A DNA stretch of 64,000 nt from the human T2T-CHM13v2.0 reference genome, Homo sapiens. Numbering within the stretch: position 1 is the first letter of the stretch; the number at the start of each line of letters is the position of its first letter. The position numbers were made by a program, and so were the translations under genes. The notes beneath the pieces were generated by a model, which saw only the letters and a list, made by a program, of their open reading frames with translations, was not told the DNA's origin and did not search any database. This document shows, piece after piece, positions 51,891 through 64,000 of the stretch. The DNA lies in assembly GCF_009914755.1 (NCBI RefSeq), contig NC_060947.1. One strand, written 5' to 3'.

Positions 51891-54800
51891 AGAGAGTGGA
51901 GCAAGATGGCAGAATAGAATCCTACACTGTTCACCGCCCCCCCGCCACCCCCAACAATTCCCGCAGGAACACCAGATTTTAACAACTATCTGCACACAGA
52001 AAAGCACAGTCACAAGGGCCAAAAATCAGGTGAGCAATCACAATGCCTGGTTTTAACTTTACACAGCTGAAAGAGGCATTGAAGAGAGGTAGAGAGACAG
52101 TCATGATTCGCGGATGCCACCCCTCCCAGCAGCGGCCATCTTCTCCTTCACTTTTAAATAACTGTTTTGCCAGAACCGTGTTCCGGGTTGGAGAGCCTGT
52201 ACACTTGAGGGAGGGAGAGCCAGAGGCTGGGGGACTTCACATTGAACACAGTGCTACCCTGTCATAGCGGAGAGCAAAGCCTTGCTGGGCTCCGCCAGTG
52301 CTGGCGCATGGAGGGAGCATTTGGACTAGCCCTAGCCAGAGGGCAGTTGCCCATCCCAGCGGTCAGAACTTGAGTTTCTCGGCAAGCCTTGCCACCGCAG
52401 GACAAAGTGCTCTGGGGTCCTAGGTAAACTTGAAAGGCAGTCTAGGACACAAGGACTGCACTTCCTAGGCAACTCCTACTGCTGAGCTGGGCTCAGAGAC
52501 AGAGGACTAAGGTAGAGACACAAGCCAGGGTGGCTAAGGGAGTGCTTGCCGCACCCCTCCCCAACCCCAGGCAGCACAGCTGGCAGCAATGTGAAAGTGA
52601 CTTCTTCCTTCTGCTTAAGGAGAGGAAAGCAGAGAGTAAAGAGGAATCTGTCTTGCATCTTGGATACCAGCACAGCCACAGTAGGATAGGGCACTGGGCA
52701 GAGTTGTGAGGCCTCCATTCCAGGCCCTAGCTCGCAGACGTTTCTAGACACAGCCTGGGCCAAAAGGGAACACCCTGCCTTGAAGGGAAGGAACCAGTCT
52801 TGGCAGGATCTATCACCTGCTGACTAAAGAGCCCTTGGGAATTGTCTCTGTTTGCACGTGACGTGGTTGTATATTTAGAAAACCCCATCGTCTCAGCCCC
52901 AAATCTCCTTAAGCTGATAAGCAACTTCAGGAAAGTCGCAGGATACAAAATCAAAAATCACAGGCATTCCTATACATCAACAACAGACAAATAGAGAGCC
53001 AAATCATGAGTGAACTCCCATCCACAATTGCTACTAAGAGAATCAAATACCTAGGAATACAACTTACAAGGGATATGAAGGACCTCTTCAAGGAGAACTA
53101 CAAACCACTGCTCAAGGAAATAAGAGAGGACACAAACACATGGAAGAACATTCCATGCTCATGGATAGGAAGAATCAGTATCGTGAAAACGGCCATACTG
53201 CCCAAAGTAATTTATAGATTCAATGCTATCCCCACTGGCTTTCTTCACAGAATTGGAAAAAAACTACTTTAAAGTTCATATGGAACCAAAAAAGAGCCCG
53301 CATTGCCAAGACAATCCTAAGCCAAAGGAACAAAGCTGGAGGCATCACGCTACCTGACTTCAAACTATACTACAAGGCTACAGTAACCAAAACAGCATGG
53401 CACTGGTACCAAAACAGAGATACAGACCAATGGAACAGAACAGAGGCCTCAGAAATAACACCACACATCTACAACCATCTCATCTTTGACAAACCTGACA
53501 CAAACAAGCAATGGGGAAAGGATTCCCTATTTAATAAATGGTGTTGGGAAAACTGGCTAGCCATATGCGGAAAACTGAAACTTCCTTACACCTTATACAA
53601 AAATTAATTCAAGATGGATGAAAGGCTTAAACGTAAGACCTAAAATCATAAAAATCCTAGAAGAAAACCTAGGCAATACCATTCAGGGCATAGGCATGGG
53701 CAAAGACTTCATGTCTAAAACACCAAAAGCAATGGCAACAAAAGCCAAAATTGACAATTGGGATCTAATTAAATGAAAGAGCTTCTGCACAGCAAAATAA
53801 ACTATCATCAGAGTTAACAGGCAACCTACAGAATGGGAGAAAATTTTTGCAATCTATCCATCTGACAAAGGGCTAATATCCAGGATCTACAAAGAACTTA
53901 AACAAATTTACAAGAAGAAAACAAAACTTCCCCATGAAAAAGTGGGCAAAGGATATGAACAGACACTTCTCAAAAGAAGACATTTATGCAGCCAACAACC
54001 TATGAAAACATGCTCATCATCACTGGTCATTAGAGAAATGCAAATCAAAACCACAATGAGATACTATCTCACGCCAGTTGTTAGAATGGCAATCATTAAA
54101 AAGTGAGGAAACAACAGATGCTGGAGAGGATGTGGAGAAATAGGAACGCTTTTACACTGTTGGTGGGAGTGTAAACTATTTCAACCATTGTGGAGGACAG
54201 TGTGGCGATTCCACAAGGATCTAGAACTAGAAATACCATTTGACCCAGCAATCCCATTACTGGGTATATACCCAAAGGGTTATAAATCATGCTGCTATAA
54301 AGACACACGCTGACGTATGCTTATTGTGGCACTATTCACAATAGCAAAGACTTGGAACCAACCCAAATGTCCATCAATGATAGACTGGATAAAGAAAATG
54401 TGGCACATATACACCATGGAATCCTATGCAGCCATAAGAAAAGGATGAGTTGATGTCCTTTGCAGGGACATGGATGAAGCTGGAAACCATCATTCTCAGC
54501 AAACTATCACAGGAACAGAAAACCAAACACCACATGTTCTCACTCAGAAGTGGGAGTTGAACAATGAAAACATACGGACACAGGGAGGGGAACATCACAC
54601 ACCAGGGCCTGTCGGCGGGTGGGGGGCTACGGGAGGGATAGCATTAGGAGAAATACCTAATGTAGGTGACAGGTTGATGGGTGCAGCAAACCACCATGGC
54701 ATGTGTATACCTATGTAACAAAACTGCACGTTCTGCACACGTACCCCAGAACTTAAAGTATAATTTAAAAAAAAAATGAAAAAAGCCCTTGGGCCCTGAA

Positions 54801-55585
54801 TAACCAGCAGCAATGCCAGGTACTATGCCACGGGCCTTGGGCTCTGAGATATGCTGACTTCAGGTGTGACCCAGCACATTCCCGGCTGTGGTGGCTATGG
54901 TGAAAGACTCCTTCTGTTTGAGAAAAGCAGAGGGGAAAATAAATGTGACTTGGTCTTGCTGTCTTAGGTACCAGCTCAGCCACACTGGGGTAGCGCACCA
55001 CCAAGTTTGGGGAACGTCGGGTCCCCAAGTCCAGGCCTAGGCTCTTGGACAGCATTTCTGGACCTGCTCTGGGCCAGAGGGGAGCCCACTGCCCTAAAGG
55101 GTGAGTCCCTGTCCTGGCAGCATTCACTGCAAGCTGACTAAAGTGCCCTTGGGCTTTAAGTGAGCATCGATGGTGGCCTGGCAGAACCGAACCCCCTCCA
55201 CCCCGCACGTCCATGCGCTGGTGATGGTTGCGGCCACAGGGAGAGGCTTCTCTTCCTGTGGAAAGGGGAGGGAAGAGCAGAAAGTATTTTGTCTTGTGGT
55301 TTTGGTACCAGCTTAGCCTCAGTAGAATAGGACATTAGGCAAATTCCTAAGGTTTTTGCCTCCAATCTCTGGTTCCCAGACAGTATCTCTGGACCTGCCC
55401 AGAGCCTGGGGGAACTCACCGCCCTGAAAGTAAGGACAGAAACCTGGCTTGCTTCAACACCTGCTGATCGTAGAGCCCTAGGTCCTACAGTGGACATAGG
55501 TGTTAGCCAGGTAGTGGATACAGTGGGCCTTGGGTGAGACCCAGTGCTGTGCAGCCTTCATGTCTGACACAGGGCAGTCCCAGCA
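51891..55585 (+). mobile_element. L1PB/L1MA-type GC-rich 5' UTR, split by an L1PA and truncated before ORF1 (mirror 56223-59917, -)
   Basis: Starts ggagcaagatggcagaatag; internal repeated units (agcccttgggccctgaa, ggtaccagctcagccaca). Confidence 0.7.
52840..54779 (+). mobile_element. 5'-truncated L1PA, ~1.9 kb (mirror 57029-58968, -)
   Basis: ORF2 C-terminal part, 3' UTR and poly(A); TSD aaa(g/a)agcccttggg at 52826-52839 and 54780-54793. Confidence 0.92.
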
Positions 55586-55695
55586 CGTTCTCCAGGTGCT
55601 GGAATAAGTGGAAAAGGCAACACATTGTCTGGCGGATTCTCTACCTCTCTGTGATCCTGGCCTGTCAGGGCCCTTAATAAAAGCAGGAAGCAGTG

Positions 55696-56112
55696 ACCAT
55701 TGACTAGATCTGTGAAACTCATTAAAAGTCATGTATTTCTCAGAAGGCACATCTCTAGGGATTGGTGGAGACTTTCTAAGAAATACATGGACGTGGATGA
55801 AAGTGGGGGAGGTTCCAAGATGGCCGAATAGGAACAGCTCCAGTCTACAGCTCCCAGCATGAGCGACGCAGAAGATGGGTGATTTCTGCATTTCCAACTG
55901 AGGTACCGGGTTCATCTCACTGGGGCTTTTCGGTCACCAAAAACTGCTAATATGACAAAAAAAGGTGACAATCACAGATTATAGACCTGTGATGGAAGAA
56001 GTTGACATCATTCCAATCATTGTTACTGGGAGGAGGCATGCAGGTTTGGTTAGCTTAGTGATGAAATTTGCTCACTCAGGAAACTGAGTCAGCAGGTGCA
56101 GCTTCATCTACA
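55696..56112. other. Palindrome spacer, 417 bp
   Basis: Symmetry ends at ...aagcaggaagcagtg (55695) and resumes at cactgcttcctgctt (56113). Confidence 0.95.
55805..55933 (+). mobile_element. Isolated L1PA 5' terminus (~130 bp) with YY1 site
   Basis: gggggaggttccaagatggccgaataggaacagctccagtctacagctcccagc...gaggtaccgggttcatctcactggggc. Confidence 0.9.
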
Positions 56113-59100
56113 CACTGCTTCCTGCTTTTATTAAGGGCCCTGACAGGCCAGGATCACAGAGAGGTAGAGAATCCGCCAGACAATGTGTTGCCTTTTCCAC
56201 TTATTCCAGCACCTGGAGAACGTGCTGGGACTGCCCTGTGTCAGACATGAAGGCTGCACAGCACTGGGTCTCACCCAAGGCCCACTGTATCCACTACCTG
56301 GCTAACACCTATGTCCACTGTAGGACCTAGGGCTCTACGATCAGCAGGTGTTGAAGCAAGCCAGGTTTCTGTCCTTACTTTCAGGGCGGTGAGTTCCCCC
56401 AGGCTCTGGGCAGGTCCAGAGATACTGTCTGGGAACCAGAGATTGGAGGCAAAAACCTTAGGAATTTGCCTAATGTCCTATTCTACTGAGGCTAAGCTGG
56501 TACCAAAACCACAAGACAAAATACTTTCTGCTCTTCCCTCCCCTTTCCACAGGAAGAGAAGCCTCTCCCTGTGGCCGCAACCATCACCAGCGCATGGACG
56601 TGCGGGGTGGAGGGGGTTCGGTTCTGCCAGGCCACCATCGATGCTCACTTAAAGCCCAAGGGCACTTTAGTCAGCTTGCAGTGAATGCTGCCAGGACAGG
56701 GACTCACCCTTTAGGGCAGTGGGCTCCCCTCTGGCCCAGAGCAGGTCCAGAAATGCTGTCCAAGAGCCTAGGCCTGGACTTGGGGACCCGACGTTCCCCA
56801 AACTTGGTGGTGCGCTACCCCAGTGTGGCTGAGCTGGTACCTAAGACAGCAAGACCAAGTCACATTTATTTTCCCCTCTGCTTTTCTCAAACAGAAGGAG
56901 TCTTTCACCATAGCCACCACAGCCGGGAATGTGCTGGGTCACACCTGAAGTCAGCATATCTCAGAGCCCAAGGCCCGTGGCATAGTACCTGGCATTGCTG
57001 CTGGTTATTCAGGGCCCAAGGGCTTTTTTCATTTTTTTTTTAAATTATACTTTAAGTTCTGGGGTACGTGTGCAGAACGTGCAGTTTTGTTACATAGGTA
57101 TACACATGCCATGGTGGTTTGCTGCACCCATCAACCTGTCACCTACATTAGGTATTTCTCCTAATGCTATCCCTCCCGTAGCCCCCCACCCGCCGACAGG
57201 CCCTGGTGTGTGATGTTCCCCTCCCTGTGTCCGTATGTTTTCATTGTTCAACTCCCACTTCTGAGTGAGAACATGTGGTGTTTGGTTTTCTGTTCCTGTG
57301 ATAGTTTGCTGAGAATGATGGTTTCCAGCTTCATCCATGTCCCTGCAAAGGACATCAACTCATCCTTTTCTTATGGCTGCATAGGATTCCATGGTGTATA
57401 TGTGCCACATTTTCTTTATCCAGTCTATCATTGATGGACATTTGGGTTGGTTCCAAGTCTTTGCTATTGTGAATAGTGCCACAATAAGCATACGTCAGCG
57501 TGTGTCTTTATAGCAGCATGATTTATAACCCTTTGGGTATATACCCAGTAATGGGATTGCTGGGTCAAATGGTATTTCTAGTTCTAGATCCTTGTGGAAT
57601 CGCCACACTGTCCTCCACAATGGTTGAAATAGTTTACACTCCCACCAACAGTGTAAAAGCGTTCCTATTTCTCCACATCCTCTCCAGCATCTGTTGTTTC
57701 CTCACTTTTTAATGATTGCCATTCTAACAACTGGCGTGAGATAGTATCTCATTGTGGTTTTGATTTGCATTTCTCTAATGACCAGTGATGATGAGCATGT
57801 TTTCATAGGTTGTTGGCTGCATAAATGTCTTCTTTTGAGAAGTGTCTGTTCATATCCTTTGCCCACTTTTTCATGGGGAAGTTTTGTTTTCTTCTTGTAA
57901 ATTTGTTTAAGTTCTTTGTAGATCCTGGATATTAGCCCTTTGTCAGATGGATAGATTGCAAAAATTTTCTCCCATTCTGTAGGTTGCCTGTTAACTCTGA
58001 TGATAGTTTATTTTGCTGTGCAGAAGCTCTTTCATTTAATTAGATCCCAATTGTCAATTTTGGCTTTTGTTGCCATTGCTTTTGGTGTTTTAGACATGAA
58101 GTCTTTGCCCATGCCTATGCCCTGAATGGTATTGCCTAGGTTTTCTTCTAGGATTTTTATGATTTTAGGTCTTACGTTTAAGCCTTTCATCCATCTTGAA
58201 TTAATTTTTGTATAAGGTGTAAGGAAGTTTCAGTTTTCCGCATATGGCTAGCCAGTTTTCCCAACACCATTTATTAAATAGGGAATCCTTTCCCCATTGC
58301 TTGTTTGTGTCAGGTTTGTCAAAGATGAGATGGTTGTAGATGTGTGGTGTTATTTCTGAGGCCTCTGTTCTGTTCCATTGGTCTGTATCTCTGTTTTGGT
58401 ACCAGTGCCATGCTGTTTTGGTTACTGTAGCCTTGTAGTATAGTTTGAAGTCAGGTAGCGTGATGCCTCCAGCTTTGTTCCTTTGGCTTAGGATTGTCTT
58501 GGCAATGCGGGCTCTTTTTTGGTTCCATATGAACTTTAAAGTAGTTTTTTTCCAATTCTGTGAAGAAAGCCAGTGGGGATAGCATTGAATCTATAAATTA
58601 CTTTGGGCAGTATGGCCGTTTTCACGATACTGATTCTTCCTATCCATGAGCATGGAATGTTCTTCCATGTGTTTGTGTCCTCTCTTATTTCCTTGAGCAG
58701 TGGTTTGTAGTTCTCCTTGAAGAGGTCCTTCATATCCCTTGTAAGTTGTATTCCTAGGTATTTGATTCTCTTAGTAGCAATTGTGGATGGGAGTTCACTC
58801 ATGATTTGGCTCTCTATTTGTCTGTTGTTGATGTATAGGAATGCCTGTGATTTTTGATTTTGTATCCTGCGACTTTCCTGAAGTTGCTTATCAGCTTAAG
58901 GAGATTTGGGGCTGAGACGATGGGGTTTTCTAAATATACAACCACGTCACGTGCAAACAGAGACAATTCCCAAGGGCTCTTTAGTCAGCAGGTGATAGAT
59001 CCTGCCAAGACTGGTTCCTTCCCTTCAAGGCAGGGTGTTCCCTTTTGGCCCAGGCTGTGTCTAGAAACGTCTGCGAGCTAGGGCCTGGAATGGAGGCCTC

Positions 59101-61504
59101 ACAACTCTGCCCAGTGCCCTATCCTACTGTGGCTGTGCTGGTATCCAAGATGCAAGACAGATTCCTCTTTACTCTCTGCTTTCCTCTCCTTAAGCAGAAG
59201 GAAGAAGTCACTTTCACATTGCTGCCAGCTGTGCTGCCTGGGGTTGGGGAGGGGTGCGGCAAGCACTCCCTTAGCCACCCTGGCTTGTGTCTCTACCTTA
59301 GTCCTCTGTCTCTGAGCCCAGCTCAGCAGTAGGAGTTGCCTAGGAAGTGCAGTCCTTGTGTCCTAGACTGCCTTTCAAGTTTACCTAGGACCCCAGAGCA
59401 CTTTGTCCTGCGGTGGCAAGGCTTGCCGAGAAACTCAAGTTCTGACCGCTGGGATGGGCAACTGCCCTCTGGCTAGGGCTAGTCCAAATGCTCCCTCCAT
59501 GCGCCAGCACTGGCGGAGCCCAGCAAGGCTTTGCTCTCCGCTATGACAGGGTAGCACTGTGTTCAATGTGAAGTCCCCCAGCCTCTGGCTCTCCCTCCCT
59601 CAAGTGTACAGGCTCTCCAACCCGGAACACGGTTCTGGCAAAACAGTTATTTAAAAGTGAAGGAGAAGATGGCCGCTGCTGGGAGGGGTGGCATCCGCGA
59701 ATCATGACTGTCTCTCTACCTCTCTTCAATGCCTCTTTCAGCTGTGTAAAGTTAAAACCAGGCATTGTGATTGCTCACCTGATTTTTGGCCCTTGTGACT
59801 GTGCTTTTCTGTGTGCAGATAGTTGTTAAAATCTGGTGTTCCTGCGGGAATTGTTGGGGGTGGCGGGGGGGCGGTGAACAGTGTAGGATTCTATTCTGCC
59901 ATCTTGCTCCACTCTCTAGCTTATTTTTGTCCCTCCTTTCCTCGCCTACTGCCTTACATCGGTTCATTGATACTTTTCTAGTGATATGCTTTGAATCTCT
60001 TCTCATTTTCTTTTGTGTATACTCTATAGATACGTTCTTTGCCATTACCACAGCAATTACATGAAACACATTAAATTCATAGGACTCCATTTTAAACTAA
60101 TAACAATGAACTTAAATGGCATAGAAAAACTCTACGACTTTGCAGCTCCATACCCACCCTACCCCCATTTATGTTGTTGAGTCACAGATTACATCTTTGT
60201 ATATTTTGTACCCATTCACATAGATTTATAGCTATGGTTTATGGTTTTTTTTTTGTCATTTAAATTCCTTGCACCAAAATTTCAGTGTTATAGGTTACTA
60301 TGTGTTTCTATGTATTTACCTTGGCTGGAGAGATTCGTATTTTCGTAAGGCTTTATGTTGCCGTCTATGGCCCTTTCCTTTTAACTTGAAGGACTCCCTT
60401 TAGCATCCCCTACGGAGCATGTCTAGCGGTAATGACTCCCTTAGCTTTGGTTTATCTGGGAATGTCATAATTTCTCCTTCACTTTTAAAGAACTGTTTTG
60501 CCAGAATCGGTGTTCCGGGTTGACAGTTTTCTTTCTTTTTTTCTTTACAGAAATTGACCTTTATTTGTTGTACTAAAGTCTGTTTAACTTTTGATACAAA
60601 GTAACATTTTAGTACAGAAAATTCCAGTCTGTCAGCTCAGTACCTGTTTGTGCATACTGTACCATCCCAATCCCCCTCTGCCTACAACTTAGAAAACAGC
60701 CCCTGCCCCCAGCGGGTCTGTGAGTTAATACCTCGCGAATAGTCTACAGTTTTTGGTAGTTGTCTGAGCTAGAAAACTTGTACCTGTAAAACAAAAGACA
60801 GCACTGAGGACTGAAACTTGTCTCTTTTTCGAACAACTGTGCAAGAAAATATATCCCTTTTTTAAAAACGTCGGTTATGGCTAAACTACAATCTAGTGTC
60901 TAGAATTACAAAAAATAAAATGAAATCAAAGATTTCTCGCTAGAAAATGAAATGTTAGGAACAGTATTAAAAATATAGGTCCTACCCCCAGTGACACATG
61001 GAGCCCGGTACAGTACCTATTGTTAACAGGACACACAGCTTAAGGAGGAACCACATCAAATCTTCAGCTAGACATACATATCCAGCCTCAGAAGCGCAAA
61101 AACAAAAAAAAAGAAAAAGAAAAAAAAAGAAAGAAAAACAAAAAACAAAAAACAAAAAAAACACCACCAAACAAAGACACCCATGTGGAGTAAGGTTCAT
61201 GCCATGAGTGCTGTAACCCAGATTAAAAAGATCTCAGTTTTTCTTTTTAGATTTTTGATAGTGACAACACTAGCCATTATGCTCCCCCTAAAAGCTCTCA
61301 ATTCAAAGTCAGAAACACGAATGTTTTTACATCAGAAATAACTGATATACCTGCCATCCTCTATAAAGTTTAAGACTTACCCTGTGAACATTGCACTGAT
61401 GAAGCCTGCCACGACTTACAGAGCTTAAGGAGAATTCAATGTTGTGCATCAGCACAGCTGGGTCGGCAGTTTTCTTTTCTTTCCCTTTCTTTTATTTCCT
61501 TCCT

Positions 61505-61567
<63 letters not shown>

Positions 61568-64000
61568 CTCTCTCTTTCTTTCTTTTCCTTCCTTCCTTCC
61601 TTCTTCCTTTCTTTCTTTTTCTTTCTTTCTTTCTTTTTCCTTCCCTCCTTCCTTTCTTCCTTCCTTCCTTTTTTTCCTTCCTTCCTTCTTTCTTTCTTTC
61701 TTCTTCTTTTTTTAATATCAACACTTTGATTATATCATCCTACTTGCTTCTGGTCTGCAAAGTTTCTTCTCAGAAATCCATTTATAACATTATGAAAGTA
61801 GCCTTGTATGTGACCAAATGTCTCTTGCTGCTGTTGAGATTCTCTCTTTGTCTTTGTCTTTAGGCAGTTTGAGTATAATGTGTGGTTCTCTTTGGATTTA
61901 ACCTTGGTGGGATTTTTTGAGCTTCTTGGATCTTTGTGTCAATTTTTTTTTTTCCGCAGATTTAGGAAGTTTTCAGCCATTACTTCTTCAAATCAGCTCT
62001 CTCTCTTTCTGTCTTCTCCTACTGAGATTACCATAATGCATATACTAGTTCACTTGATGGTGTCCCAAAAGTCCCCTAGTCTATCTTCACTTTTCTTCAT
62101 TCTTTTATTCTTTTGCTCCTCTGACATGATGATTTTAAATGACCTGCCTCCAAGCTTGATAATTCTTCTGCCTTATCAAGTGGTCTATTGAACACCTCCA
62201 GTGAATTTTGCAGTTAAGTTATTGTATTATTTTTTCATCTCTAGAATCTGCGTGGTTCTTTGTTATAGTGTTAATTTCTTTGTCAATATTCTCATTTCGT
62301 TCATGCTTCATTTTCCCGATTTCATTTAGTTGTCTCTCTGTGTTCTATTTTAGCTCATTGAACATCTTTATGACAATTACTTTAAATTCTTTGTCAGGCA
62401 GCTCTTAGGTCTACATTTATTTAGGGCTGGCTCCTGGAGTGTTGTTTTGCTCCAGTGACTGGGCCATCTTCCCCAGTTGATTTGTATGTCTTGAAATCTT
62501 TTGTTCGGATTTGGGCATTTGAAGAAACAATCACCTCTCCCAGTCTTTGCATACCAGCTTGGTGCATAGGAAGACCTTCGCCAATTGGCTGGAGGTTCTA
62601 GGACCTCTCAAACCTTTTGTAATGTCTTGTTGCCCCTGGCATCTACCTACATAACTGCAGCTCTTACCTGCTGTGCACTTTCGTTTTCAGGAGCTTCCAG
62701 ACTCTATCTCAGGTTGCTTCAGCCTTCCAAGTCAGGCAAGACAGAAACCAGTCCCTCAAATAGCCCCCAAACAAGCCAGAACGTTGTATGCATGGTCCAC
62801 TCTCTTGTTTTTATCCCAAGGGAGGGGCCCAGAATTCGTGATTTTTTTTTTCCTAGTGTTCCACACTACACCATGTAGAGGGAGGGGCACAAGGGGGATG
62901 CTGAATGCTGGGAATTTTCCTACCCCTGTCACTGGAATCCCCTCTTGGTTTTACAAGGGCCAATGTGCTGTAGCTTGTCCAGTGATCTCTACAATTCTCA
63001 CAGAGGTATTTAGGTTTATATAATGTTGTTAAGTTAATGTCTCTATCAGGGAAGGAGGGACTGTAGCTTTCTTGACTGCTGTCATGCTGATATCACTCCC
63101 ATGGGGGAACTTTTTAACAAGTGGTATTGGAAAAACTGGATCTCTTCCTCACACCATACACGAGGATACATTTCAAGTGGACCAGAGTTTACAGTGTGAC
63201 AGGAGACAATCTTCTCTATATTTAGAGTGGGAAATCTTTCCTAGCTATGACTAAAAACCCAAAAGATATAAGGCAAAATATTGATAAAGTTTATTAAGGA
63301 AACATAAAATGCTTTTGCATGGCAAACAATGAAACAAAACACCATCAATGAGGTAAAAAGATACATGACAAAGAGGAAAAATGATTTACGACTTATATCA
63401 GAAGGAAAGGTAAATGTCCTAATATATCCCTAAGACGTAAAGAACTTTTCTTGGAAAGGAGAAAATGCCAAGGCCCCTATACTAACTGGGCCAAAACTAT
63501 AAACTAAAAGTACATAAGAATAAAGAAAACAGGAATTTCTCTTAACCGTATGGAAAAGATGTGCAGCCTTGCACATGTGAAGGGAAACGCAAGCTAATGT
63601 ATGCACTAATATATCATTTATCTCCTATCAGATGGGCAAATTCAAAAATCTGGCAATACTACTGGTGAGATGCTGGGAAAACTTTCTTTCTCCGATATTG
63701 ATGGGGAAAAGGCAAATGGTCCATCCTTCTTGAAGAGGTATTTGACAGTAATGAGCAAGATACCTTGTGTTTTCACCTTTTAAGCAGCAATGGTACATCT
63801 AGGGATCAATCCCAAAGATGTAGTGATATAAAAATTGCTAAAGATTATGTCAGGAGCCTATCCATTGCAGCCATATTTAAAATAATAGCGAGAGCCAGGT
63901 GCGGTGGCTCACGCCTGTAATCCCAGCACTTTGGGAGGCCGAGGCAGGTGGATCACCTGAGGTCAGGAGTTCGAGACCAGCCTGGCTAGCATGGTGAAAC
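56113..64000 (-). repeat. Palindrome right arm (continues beyond the window)
   Basis: Reverse complement of 47828-55695; base 64000 pairs with base 47828. Confidence 0.98.

Larger units (their letters stand above)
47828..55695 (+). repeat. Palindrome left arm (portion whose mirror lies in the window)
   Basis: Mirror ORF pairs have matching translations and constant coordinate sums: 111808 inside the GAAA tract, 111828 beyond it. Confidence 0.98.

Noticed and set aside
52280-55585. Recurring GC-rich motifs suggesting a repeat-spacer array
   Set aside because: Degenerate internal repeats of an old L1 5' UTR, without constant repeats or unique spacers; not CRISPR-like.
56113-64000. Possible assembly fold-back artefact
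   Set aside because: A unique spacer, an arm-specific repeat length and the known inverted DMRTC1/DMRTC1B pair all support a real palindrome.

Overview
Primate (almost certainly human) X-chromosome DNA from the Xq13 DMRTC1/FAM236 palindrome. It holds a complete 3-coding-exon FAM236 gene (79 aa, - strand, one GC-AG intron) and a complete 6-coding-exon DMRTC1-type gene (192 aa, + strand) in LINE-1/Alu-dense sequence. The window spans the palindrome centre: 47828-55695 is mirrored at 56113-64000 around a 417-bp spacer that contains only the first ~130 bp of an L1PA. The strongest hidden signal is a fossil DM zinc-finger exon just upstream of the DMRTC1 start codon. It carries three lesions: a 42-bp insert matching an intronic MIR 1.6 kb downstream, a 1-bp frameshift and a GT>AT donor loss. 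Other signals are a TSD-flanked retrocopied mRNA 3' UTR, an LTR-derived poly(A) signal, AT>GC-skewed repeats and several local duplications. I found no convincing wholly new system. Paralog letters and repeat subfamilies come from recall, not database search.
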